DNA of 64,000 nucleotides from an uncultured Verrucomicrobiota bacterium. GTDB lineage: Bacteria; Verrucomicrobiota; Kiritimatiellia; CAIKKV01; CAITUY01. The translations under genes were made by a program, and so were the position numbers. The DNA lies in contig CAZHRU010000001.1 in the NCBI GenBank assembly GCA_964535015.1, positions 18,148 to 82,147 on the forward strand. The letters are read 5' to 3'. The notes under the pieces are model-generated. The model had not been told where the DNA came from, did no database searches, and saw nothing but the letters and a program-made list of their open reading frames with translations. Below are positions 9,506 through 18,110 of the stretch, in pieces (within the stretch, counting starts at the first letter, position 1; each line of letters opens with the position of its first letter).

Positions 9506-9701
9506 TGGTGTCCCTTCGGGTCAGTATGACTTTTCCGCTCAGGAAGTCTATGGAGAGGATGCTTGCACCCGGAACAAGTTTGGGGGGATCGAAGAGGGAC
9601 GCCACCCAAACGCCTTGGTCGGTCACCTCAAGATGGGCGGCGTTCTCGAGAACGACCTGATTGGTGTCGTCCTGTTTCAGGATAATGCTGGCCTGGCACA
9701 T
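9498..9701 (-). CDS. cooT: CooT-like nickel-binding protein
   Basis: The internal ATG at 9701 has GGGAGG 6 nt upstream and gives 67 aa starting MCQASIIL. Size, Cys2 and the LFD / PG / DxxSG positions match CooT as I recall it. Confidence 0.65.
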   Translation of the reverse strand: MCQASIILKQDDTNQVVLENAAHLEVTDQGVWVASLFDPPKLVPGASILSIDFLSGKVILTRRDTNA

Positions 9702-10239
9702 TGGAGCCTCCCTGCGGGTTGAGAAATTGTTGTCAGGTAAAAAGTGTGAACCAGAATTGAAACGACGTAAAGGGCAAATTCCAGAGCAGACGCATCTAGA
9801 TACTTCAAGAAACCGTGGCGTATATATGGTCATTTCCTTTCAAGGCGTCCACAACACGAAGAACCAGGGCATCCCAGACGGCCCGGGTTCACCCAGCCCG
9901 TGAGTGCCGCGTTGCTGCACAACGTGCCGCTCACGCGAAGGGTTCGCACTACCTTGAGGAAGCAGTGTTCAACAGGAATTAATCGTGGTTACCCTGGGTA
10001 AATGGATAGGCGTCTTGGAGAAAGACAAGATCTGGGCGATAGTATACGATCCTCAGGTTCAATGGACTTTGCGAAGAACAGGTTGTGGTTGTCGGCATGA
10101 ACAGGATAGATAATGGGCCGGAAGGTAAATCAAACATGACGGAACCTCTGTATGGAACGTTTGACCCTATCATCAAAAGAAACCGTAACTGGGCGATCCA
10201 GTTGCTGCGCGAGTACGCGGCGATGGAGGGGAGGAAACA

Positions 10240-10671
10240 ATGAGTCATCATCAACACACCCCGTTCGAGTCCCTGATTAACCCCGTCATCCGGCCGCGAC
10301 TCGGCCAGACGGGCGTCCGTGATCCGGCGCTCTTCTGTCATGGACGTAAGGTTGGATTCATTGATAACGCAGGAGATCATGTGATGATTTATGTGGACGG
10401 AGGCGCAGGTGGGAATATCGACGTGACCATCCGGTATTCAAATGGCACCATCGATACACAATACAAGAGTCTCTATGTCAACACCGTAGATGTGGCCCGG
10501 GTTGATTTTGCGCCTACAGGGGGCTGGACAAAGTTTGCAAACAAAGTGGTAACGATTAAGTTAAACTCAGGTAGCAACACGATCAAGATATCAAGAGATG
10601 GTGATGACACGGGTGGTACCGATCTGGATTACTTGTACGTGCCCATCGGAAAGGCCAGCACGAAACCGTAA
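10240..10671 (+). pseudogene. CBM6/CBM35-like carbohydrate-binding module, probably the 3' remnant of a decayed glycosidase gene
   Basis: IRYSNGT...SLYVNTVDVARVDFAPTGGWTKF...IKLNSGSNTIKI...DLDYLYV fits the CBM6/35 beta-sandwich pattern. The upstream 9980-10240 region shows only short broken frames. Local GC is about 45-50%. Confidence 0.45.
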
Positions 10672-10751
10672 TCGCAGGCCCCTGCGGTGCTCATTCAACC
10701 CCACGTGTATGCCGCGTAACCGACACGACAACCCCATAGACAAAGGTGAAC

Positions 10752-13088
10752 ATGATGAGAACTAACAGCGATACCGCAGGGGAACTGTTCCGTCGCGCTC
10801 TGCCCGTATGGCCGACTGGGCACCACGACGTGATGAATCTGACCGTGGGATTGCGCTGCGCCATCGCACCGGCAACCGCGGCGCCGTTGCGCCTGGTGGT
10901 GACGGCGCGCACTTCGTACCGGGCCTGGCACAACGGGCGGTTCATCGGTTGCGGGCCGGCGCGTTCGCCGCACGGCCACTTGCGGGTGGATAACTACGAC
11001 CTTACGGCCGAGGTGGGCGTCAACCTGATCGCCGTCGAGGTCAACGCGACCAACGTGCCCGGCTACGCCGTGACGGATGAACTCCCGCTCGTGCAAGCCG
11101 AGTTGCTGGTGAACGGCACAGTCGTTGCCGCCACCGGGGTGGCCGATCTGCCGCAGCAGTGGCAGGCGGTTCTTTCAGATGAACGGATTCAGAAAGTTCA
11201 GCGGTTGTCACGGCAGCGCGGTTTTGCCGAGGCGTGGCGGCTGACGCCATCATCGTCCGATTGGCGTTGCCGCGCGGATGCGCGGGTCGAGGGGGTGGCA
11301 GTCGAGCGGGTCGAGCAACCGGGGTTGCTGCCGCGCGTGGTGCCGCATCCCGACTACACTTGTCTGCGTCCCGGATCAACCGTGTCCGCCGGCGTGCTGG
11401 ATCTCCGCTCCGAGCCACAATGGCAGAAGTGGGAGCAGTGGATGCGCGCAGACTCGGGGAAGACGTTTGCCGGTTACCCGTCGTCAGATTGGGAGGTGGA
11501 TTTGTCCGCTGAGTTGTCCAGCCTCGCACTGCGCGTGGTGGATGGGCAGAGTCATGCCTCGGGCGATATGGCGGCCGGCACGTGGCGGATGGATGACTTC
11601 GGCGTCAACCAGACCGGTTTCCTGCGCGCCACGGTCATCTGCCGTGAACCCGCGGTGGTGTATCTTGTCGGTGACGAACTGGCGGCGGATGGAATTTGCG
11701 ATTGCCGGCGGTTGGAGTACATGGCGGGTGCGCGGTACGAACTACAACCGGGCACCTACGACCTGGAGATGGCCGAAATTGTGACCGTGCGCTATGTGGC
11801 CGTGCTGGTCTTGTCGGGCGCGGTGACGGTGACAGGCGTGGGATTGCGTGAGTACGTGCGCGCGACCCGTGCTGAGTTCAATTGCCCTGATGAGGGGTTG
11901 GTCGAAGTGTTTCGCGCCGGCGTCCGCACGTTTGCCCATAACGCCGTGGATATTTATCTCGACTGTCCGTCGCGGGAACGCGCGGGGTGGTTGTGTGACA
12001 GTTTCTTCACCGGTCGGGTCGAACCGTGGCTGACCGGGGGCAGTCTGGCGGAGACGGTGTTCCTGGACAACTATGCGCATTGTCCGCCGTTGCCGTACCT
12101 GCCGACAGGGATGCTGCCGAAATGCTATCCGTCGGATGGACCGCAGATTCGGGGCGGTGCGGGTAGTTTCATCCCCAACTGGGCCTTGTGGTTCGTGGTC
12201 GAGGTGGCGGAGTACGCCGGCCGGGGTGGCGATCCAGCCGTGATCGCCGCTTGCCGGCAACGTTGTGTCGACTTGTTCGCCTACTTCGAACGGTTCCGCA
12301 ATACCGATGGCCTGCTCGAAAAACTCGACTCGTGGGTCTTTGTGGACTGGTCGTCAGCCAACGAACACGTGCAGGATGTCAGTTATCCAACCAACCTGTT
12401 GTATGCCGCGGCGCTGGACGCCGCCGGGCGGCTGTACAACCAGTCGGCGTGGTGCGATCAAGCCGCCGAATTGCGCCGAACGATTCACGAGCAGTCCTGG
12501 GATGGTGCGGCATTTTGCGATAACGCCCGCCGCGATGCCGATGGACGTTTGCAGCCGACCGGTGTGCATACCGAGGCCTGCCAGTATTACGCTTTTTACT
12601 TTGGCATCGCCACGCCACAATCTCATCCGGCTCTTTGGCGGGAATTGCTGACCACCACCAGTGCCGCGCCCGATGCCGGTAACTCCCGGTTGCCCCGGGC
12701 GGGGATGTTCCCCTCGTTGCACATGCGGTTCTTGTTGTTGGCGCGGTACGGCGAACACCGGCGACTCGCCGTTGAACTGCGAGAAGCCTTTCTTCCCATG
12801 GTCCGATTGACCGGCACGTTGTGGGAACATGCGCACACGCGTAACTCGTGCGACCACGGTTTCTGTTCCCATGTGGTCCATCTGCTGTTGGCCCACGTCT
12901 TGGGCCTGACCGTGGATTGGCAGGAGCGGACGATCCGACTCGCCCCGCCGGACCTCGACCTGCCGTGGTGTCGTGCCCGATTGCCCATCGGAGGGACGTG
13001 GTTGGAGATCGGCTGGCGCCGCGAGAACGGAACGGTCGTTCCCGAAATCGACTGGCTGCCTGCCGGCTGGCAGTTGGTCAATTCGTGA
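10752..13088 (+). CDS. GH78-like alpha-L-rhamnosidase family (six-hairpin glycosidase)
   Basis: The N-terminal region resembles a rhamnosidase N-domain (YRAWHNGRFIGCGP...YDLTAEVGVNLIAVEV). LDCPSRERAGWLCDSFF corresponds to the DCPxRER-GW-GD signature. About 778 aa. GTG at 10746 is an alternative start. Confidence 0.7.
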   Translation: MMRTNSDTAGELFRRALPVWPTGHHDVMNLTVGLRCAIAPATAAPLRLVVTARTSYRAWHNGRFIGCGPARSPHGHLRVDNYDLTAEVGVNLIAVEVNATNVPGYAVTDELPLVQAELLVNGTVVAATGVADLPQQWQAVLSDERIQKVQRLSRQRGFAEAWRLTPSSSDWRCRADARVEGVAVERVEQPGLLPRVVPHPDYTCLRPGSTVSAGVLDLRSEPQWQKWEQWMRADSGKTFAGYPSSDWEVDLSAELSSLALRVVDGQSHASGDMAAGTWRMDDFGVNQTGFLRATVICREPAVVYLVGDELAADGICDCRRLEYMAGARYELQPGTYDLEMAEIVTVRYVAVLVLSGAVTVTGVGLREYVRATRAEFNCPDEGLVEVFRAGVRTFAHNAVDIYLDCPSRERAGWLCDSFFTGRVEPWLTGGSLAETVFLDNYAHCPPLPYLPTGMLPKCYPSDGPQIRGGAGSFIPNWALWFVVEVAEYAGRGGDPAVIAACRQRCVDLFAYFERFRNTDGLLEKLDSWVFVDWSSANEHVQDVSYPTNLLYAAALDAAGRLYNQSAWCDQAAELRRTIHEQSWDGAAFCDNARRDADGRLQPTGVHTEACQYYAFYFGIATPQSHPALWRELLTTTSAAPDAGNSRLPRAGMFPSLHMRFLLLARYGEHRRLAVELREAFLPMVRLTGTLWEHAHTRNSCDHGFCSHVVHLLLAHVLGLTVDWQERTIRLAPPDLDLPWCRARLPIGGTWLEIGWRRENGTVVPEIDWLPAGWQLVNS

Positions 13089-13100
13089 CTTGAACTGAGC

Positions 13101-13436
13101 ATGTGGCTGCGGGGATATACGGGACGCGATTTCATCTTGCGCGTGTACTGGGACGATCAGGAGCGGCCATCCATCGACGTTACGTTGACTGATTTCTTTG
13201 CCTTGCCATGGGGGGCGACCCACGACAAGGACGGCCAGAAGGCATCGGTGCAGGTCAATTCGCTGCCGGTGGTGGTGGCACCGCGTAGTGGGTTGACTGT
13301 TTTTTGTGAAATGCCCTTTCGCGGCCGCTGCCGGATCACTCTGCAGAACATCCACCCGACCAATGCGTTTATCTGTTTCTACCAGATCAACTACGTCCTG
13401 ACCGACGTGCCGGTGGCGTGGAGTGACGATCTTTGA
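13101..13436 (+). pseudogene. Internal fragment of a DUF2961 (GH172) family gene
   Basis: RVYWDDQERPSIDVTLTDFFALPWG ... FYQINY matches the central DUF2961 pattern. Only 111 aa are present, whereas I recall this family as several hundred aa. Confidence 0.55.
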
Positions 13437-13481
13437 GACCGCGCCTGCGTCCAGATTAAGAAAGGGATGCCGCCACCAGCA

Positions 13482-14342
13482 TCACACGTTCCGGCTCTGC
13501 TGCCGCCATTGGCGCGGCGAAACACCCGCGAGTTTGCGGAACCGGCGCGTGAATACGGATGGGGATACATAACCGCATAGCCGACTGACGATGCGCACCG
13601 GCTCCCGGGTCGTCCGCAATTGCTTGCAGGCGATGTCAAATCGGATCGAATCCATATACGCCTTGGGCGTCATTCCGCAGGCCTCCTGCAGACGATGTCG
13701 GAGATTCTGCCGACTCATCCCGGCATGCCGCGCAAGTTCCGCGACGGTCAACCCGTGAATGATGTTGTCTTTGCAATAGGCTCCCAGCCAGTCGTCCTTG
13801 CGTAACGTCGTGCCGCCAACCGCCTCGACGATATCCAGCAGCCAGAGACCCAGGTGATAGTTTGCGCGCGCATAGTTCACGGCGTCCCGCCACCAGTGCG
13901 CATTGCACCAGCGCATCATCGCCCGGCATTCGTCCAGTAGCGTCCTCGGAATCTCGATCGGCAACTCAACTCCCCAGACCTCTTGCGGCGAAGGCTGCAT
14001 CTTCGACGTCCGGCGTATCGACAATGGCGTCACTTTCGGTTTCAGCGTGGGATCCGGGACGGATTCCAGAGGTTTGTCGATCGCAAGGAACCGAAGGTGA
14101 TGCCAGGTGAAGCCCTTGGGCAGATCAATTGAAAAATCAATCCCGGGAGGAACCAGCAGTGCACAGGGCGCCGACGGCGCGAACAGCCGGTCGCCATGGC
14201 GGTAACGCACCACACCGTCATCAACGAAGATCAACTGGTATTCATCGGTGCTGAGGATGGATATCTCCCGGAAGTGCCTGCGGTTGTAACGCCCGTCACG
14301 GATATACGGACCATTCCCGCCGTGATTGCATAAGAGTAACAT
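13482..14342 (-). CDS. AraC-family transcriptional regulator (cupin-like N-terminal domain plus HTH_18)
   Basis: C-terminus VAELARHAGMSRQNLRHRLQEACGMTPKAYMDSIRF...CGYVSPSVFTRRFRKLAGVSPRQWR. Confidence 0.85.
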   Translation of the reverse strand: MLLLCNHGGNGPYIRDGRYNRRHFREISILSTDEYQLIFVDDGVVRYRHGDRLFAPSAPCALLVPPGIDFSIDLPKGFTWHHLRFLAIDKPLESVPDPTLKPKVTPLSIRRTSKMQPSPQEVWGVELPIEIPRTLLDECRAMMRWCNAHWWRDAVNYARANYHLGLWLLDIVEAVGGTTLRKDDWLGAYCKDNIIHGLTVAELARHAGMSRQNLRHRLQEACGMTPKAYMDSIRFDIACKQLRTTREPVRIVSRLCGYVSPSVFTRRFRKLAGVSPRQWRQQSRNV

Positions 14343-14449
14343 AACTCCCAGATTTCCATAAGGGTCCTGTTGCGTTCAGATCGCAAACCCCTTTACGCTA
14401 AGACGATGAATTCACGAGCAGCGTGCTTCACATCGGGAATAGAGAAACG

Positions 14450-14865
14450 ATGAACCGACGCGAGTTCTTAACTGTCTGTGCCGCCACGACTGCCGCGGCG
14501 GCGATGCCTCGCCTGTTGCGTGGCCAGGAGTCAACCATGAAAAAAGTACCCAACATCCTCTTCCTCTACACCGATGAGCAACGGGCTGACACGCTGGCGT
14601 GTTACGGCAACAAGCACAACCTGATGCCGAACGTGGACCGGTTAGCGGCGCAATCGACTGTGTTTGACCGGGCCTACTGCACCAATCCCGTGTGTACGCC
14701 GTCACGCGGGAGTATCCTAACCGGCTTGTATGCGCATGCTCACGGTGCGCACGACAACAACACGTTCATAGACCGCGACGCCAAATGCCTGCCGGAACAC
14801 CTGCCTGCGGGCGCCTACGCAACCGGTTACTTCGGGAAATGGCATCTTGGCGATGAGATTTTCCC
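14450..14865 (+). pseudogene. 5' fragment of a TAT-signal formylglycine-type sulfatase
   Basis: MNRREFLTVCAATTAAAAMP signal, PNILFLYTDEQRAD, CTPSRGSILTG (CxPxR) and GKWHLG. Homology stops near 14860, after which the frame runs into unrelated sequence. Confidence 0.75.
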
Positions 14866-14904
14866 GCAGCACGGGTTGCGACGGGTGACGCCACGATCTT
14901 TGCT

Positions 14905-15708
14905 TTGCACGGCGGGTGCGGTGAACCGGTGTTGTTGCTCCACGGTTACCCGCAGACGCATGTGATATGGCACAAGATCGCGCCGTTGTTAGCGCGAGAC
15001 TTTACCGTGGTTTGCGCGGACTTGCGCGGATATGGGGACAGTTCCACGGGGCATTCCGACTATTCAAAACGGGCGATGGCGCGCGATCAGGTGGAGTTGA
15101 TGAATCGGTTGGGTTTCGATCGGTTTGCCGTCGTTGGTCACGACCGTGGCGGGCGCGTGGCGCACCGCCTTGCGCTCGACCACGCCCGCAACGTGACGCG
15201 GCTGGCGTTGCTCGACATCGCGCCGACGGTCGATATGTTTGCGGCTACCGATCAGGCGTTCGCGACGGCGTATTACCACTGGTTCTTTCTGATTCAGCCG
15301 AACAACTTGCCGGAGCGGATGATCGGCGCCGACCCGAAGTTCTTCCTGCACCGTTGCCTCAACGCGTGGAGTCGGGTGCCGGGAGCATTCACGACCGAGG
15401 CGTTGGCTGAGTACGAGCGGTGTTTCGCCAAACCCGAGGTTATCCATGCCACGTGCGAAGAGTACCGGGCGTCGGCCGGGATTGACCTGGAGCACGACGC
15501 GGCGGACCGGCAACGGAAGATCGCGTGTCCGGTATTGGCGTTGTGGGGCGGGTTGGGATTCGTCGGACGGCAATTCGATGTACTCAAGTTATGGCGCGGA
15601 CGGGCGGACGACGTGCGGGGAGCGCCAATTCCCTGCGGCCATTTCCTTCCCGAGGAAGCGCCCGGCGAAACCTATCGCGCCTTGGCGGAGTTTTTGTCCG
15701 GCAAATGA
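14905..15708 (+). CDS. Alpha/beta hydrolase, haloacetate dehalogenase / epoxide hydrolase-like, 5'-truncated
   Basis: PVLLLHGYPQTHVIWHKIAPLL...VVCADLRGYGDS and VVGHDRGGRVAHR (Asp nucleophile elbow). Homologous frame is open back to 14857 (..RVATGDATIFALHGG). The only in-frame start is TTG at 14905. Confidence 0.7.
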   Translation: MHGGCGEPVLLLHGYPQTHVIWHKIAPLLARDFTVVCADLRGYGDSSTGHSDYSKRAMARDQVELMNRLGFDRFAVVGHDRGGRVAHRLALDHARNVTRLALLDIAPTVDMFAATDQAFATAYYHWFFLIQPNNLPERMIGADPKFFLHRCLNAWSRVPGAFTTEALAEYERCFAKPEVIHATCEEYRASAGIDLEHDAADRQRKIACPVLALWGGLGFVGRQFDVLKLWRGRADDVRGAPIPCGHFLPEEAPGETYRALAEFLSGK

Positions 15709-15858
15709 AACGCCCGCTTCAAGCAACACTTGCTGGTCAATACATGAATTGGCTTCAAAATACGGGTCGGTTGCCATATGATTCATCGCCTTATGGCAGC
15801 ACCATACTCCACCACGTCGGACTCAATCTCCAGTTTCCTGCCTGGGGGCGGATCAGAC

Positions 15859-16653
15859 ATGAGTATTGCCTTCTCGCCTTGTCCGAATGACACGTTCATG
15901 TTCCACGGTCTTGCCTCGGGGACGGTCAGGATTCCGGGTGTGGATGTTACCGTGCATCTGCATGACGTGGAACAGTTGAACCGGATGGCGTTGGACGGTA
16001 TTTATGATGTGACGAAAGTGTCGTCGTATGCGTATCTTCACCTGCGGGATTCCCATACGTTGCTCAACGCCGGGGCGGCGATGGGGTTCGGTTGTGGTCC
16101 GCTTGTGGTTGCCCGTGCCGACGGCAAAACCCTTATTCCGTCGCAATGCCGGTTTGCCGTGCCGGGTGAACTTACGACAGGACATTTGCTGTTGCGACTC
16201 TGGCATCCGGATGTTGGCGAGCGGGTATTTGTGCGTTATGACCGGGTGATGCCGATGGTTGCTTCCGGAGAAGTGGATGCTGGCGTGGTGATCCACGAGG
16301 GGCGGTTTGTGTATAAGCAGGCGGGGTTGCGCCTGATACAGGATCTCGGCAAGTGGTGGGAACTGCATACCGAACTCCCGTTGCCGCTCGGATGCGTGGT
16401 GGCCAAGCGAAGTCTCGGGCAGGAACGGATTGCGGCGATAAACAGGGCGTTAAAGCAATCGGTCCAGGCGGCGATGGCCAGTCCCAGGGCGACGCTCGGT
16501 TATATGCGCCAGCATGCCCGGGAACTCGATGAGGCGGTGATCCGGGAGCATGTGCGCACGTTCGTGAACGAATACAGTCTGGACCTTGGCAATGCCGGGC
16601 GGGCGGCCCTGAAGGAGTTGGAGCGGATGGCATCGGAAGCAGGGGTATTGTGA
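15859..16653 (+). CDS. mqnD: 1,4-dihydroxy-6-naphthoate synthase (futalosine pathway)
   Basis: MSIAFSPCPNDTFMFHGL N-terminus is typical of MqnD. The start is taken at this Met rather than at 15778. Confidence 0.85.
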   Translation: MSIAFSPCPNDTFMFHGLASGTVRIPGVDVTVHLHDVEQLNRMALDGIYDVTKVSSYAYLHLRDSHTLLNAGAAMGFGCGPLVVARADGKTLIPSQCRFAVPGELTTGHLLLRLWHPDVGERVFVRYDRVMPMVASGEVDAGVVIHEGRFVYKQAGLRLIQDLGKWWELHTELPLPLGCVVAKRSLGQERIAAINRALKQSVQAAMASPRATLGYMRQHARELDEAVIREHVRTFVNEYSLDLGNAGRAALKELERMASEAGVL

Positions 16654-18110
16654 TGATTGCCGTACTGGCCGCAACGATTGAAGAAGCGGGTCCGTTGATT
16701 AAGAGGTTCGGTGCGCGACTGCTATGCGACGAGCCGTTTGCCACCTACCGGTTTGATGCCGACGGCAACAGGCCCGGCGGACTGGTGATCTTGAGTGGCA
16801 TGGGACCTGTCCGTGCGGGGGACGCCACGAGGTACGCCGTTCAGAAGCGAGGGGTTCGGACCCTTATCAATGTCGGGGCGTGCGGTTCGCTGGGAACTGC
16901 GGTTGAGGGGACGATATTGGCGGTGGATGGTGTGGTGGCGGGGGATGCGCCGGGGGCCCCGGTGGTGACGGTGGATCCGGGACCATGGGGTGATTTGCCG
17001 CGGGCCCGGTTGGTGACGGTGGCCGAACCGGTCTTTGGCGGTGCGCGGCGTGACGCACTGGCGGATGTGGCGGATGGTGTGGACATGGAAGGTGCGGCAG
17101 TTGTCGAAGCAGCCGGCGAGTTGGGGGTTCGGTGTTTATTGGTCAAAGGGGTGACGGATCTGGCGGCCGATGGAGACAGGGCGGCCCTGCGAAAGAATCT
17201 GGCCCCGGTGTCCGAAAAGATTGCGGATGTGGTGGTGGCCGGGTTGCCGGCCCTGGAACAGGTCAGGCACGGGTTGATCGGGCGACTGATGGCATTGATC
17301 AGGGTCGAACACAGTATTTTCAGTCTGCCGTTGTTATTCGCGGGAGCGTGGATCGGGGCGGGAAATGCCCTGCCGCCGCTGCGGACGGTGGGCTGGGTGG
17401 TGGTGGCCGGGGTGGCCGCGCGCGGGTTGGGCATGGTGGCCAACCGGATTCTGGATCGGGACATTGATGCCCTCAACCGCCGGACGGTGACCCGTGAGTT
17501 GGCGGCGGGGACAATGACGCCGCTGGCAGGATGGTCGTTGGCGCTGGTGGCGCTTGCGATCTATCTATTGGCCTGTTCCGCCCTGGGAATGCTGTGTCTG
17601 AGACTCTCGGTTATTCCGGCTGCAATGTTGGTGGGGTATTCGCTGTTGAAGCGATTCACCGCCTTTTGTCATTTTGGGATTGGGGCGTGCATGGCGATGG
17701 CGCCGGTGGGTGCGCATGTGGCGGTGAGGGGCGATCTTGAGGTGAGCGCGCCGCTACTATTGCTTGCGGGGTTTGCGTTTTTCTGGATAAGCGGGTTCGA
17801 TATCATCTATGCTCTGCAGGATATGGATTCGGATCGGGAGAACGGTATCAGGAGTATTCCCGCCAGATTGGGGGCTGTGGGGGCCCAGTGGGTTGCCGGG
17901 GCGGCGCATGGATTGGCGGTGGCGGCGCTTTTGGGATTGTGGTGGGTGCAGGGTGGGCAGATGGCGCCAGGCGTCCTGGTGGCGCTGTCGCTTCTGGCAT
18001 TCATTGCGGCCTACCTGCCGGGGATTCCTATGGCGATTCGTTTTTTTCCGATTTCGGCCATTGCCGGTGTGGCGGGGGCATTGGTGCCCATGGCGGGAGG
18101 TTGGTTGTGA
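16650..18110 (+). CDS. Fusion: futalosine hydrolase-like nucleosidase (MqnB) plus UbiA-family polyprenyltransferase (MqnP/MenA-like)
   Basis: The N-terminal ~205 aa are PNP/MTAN-like (VDMEGAAV...VKGVTD). The C-terminal ~275 aa are polytopic, with NRILDRDIDALNRRT and DMDSDRENGIRS Asp-rich motifs. Confidence 0.75.
   Translation: MMIAVLAATIEEAGPLIKRFGARLLCDEPFATYRFDADGNRPGGLVILSGMGPVRAGDATRYAVQKRGVRTLINVGACGSLGTAVEGTILAVDGVVAGDAPGAPVVTVDPGPWGDLPRARLVTVAEPVFGGARRDALADVADGVDMEGAAVVEAAGELGVRCLLVKGVTDLAADGDRAALRKNLAPVSEKIADVVVAGLPALEQVRHGLIGRLMALIRVEHSIFSLPLLFAGAWIGAGNALPPLRTVGWVVVAGVAARGLGMVANRILDRDIDALNRRTVTRELAAGTMTPLAGWSLALVALAIYLLACSALGMLCLRLSVIPAAMLVGYSLLKRFTAFCHFGIGACMAMAPVGAHVAVRGDLEVSAPLLLLAGFAFFWISGFDIIYALQDMDSDRENGIRSIPARLGAVGAQWVAGAAHGLAVAALLGLWWVQGGQMAPGVLVALSLLAFIAAYLPGIPMAIRFFPISAIAGVAGALVPMAGGWL

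Noticed and set aside
9498-9833. 111-aa form of the CooT-like ORF
   Set aside because: The 44-residue extension has no similarity to anything I recognise and would bury the essential N-terminal Cys2. The internal ATG has a strong GGGAGG RBS.
9900-9934. Imperfect inverted repeat GTGAGTGCCGCGTTG-CTGCA-CAACGTGCCGCTCAC
   Set aside because: Only 12 of 15 arm positions pair and there is no T-tract. It lies in a decayed region, so no functional claim is justified.
9830-9949. 39-codon Cys-rich minus-strand ORF (GTG start, MRTLRVSGTLCSNAALTGWVNPGRLGCPGSSCCGRLERK) whose TGA overlaps the ATG at 9833
   Set aside because: It has no convincing RBS, a GTG start and a very short length. The ATG it couples to is itself probably not used. 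It cannot be supported without comparative or expression data.
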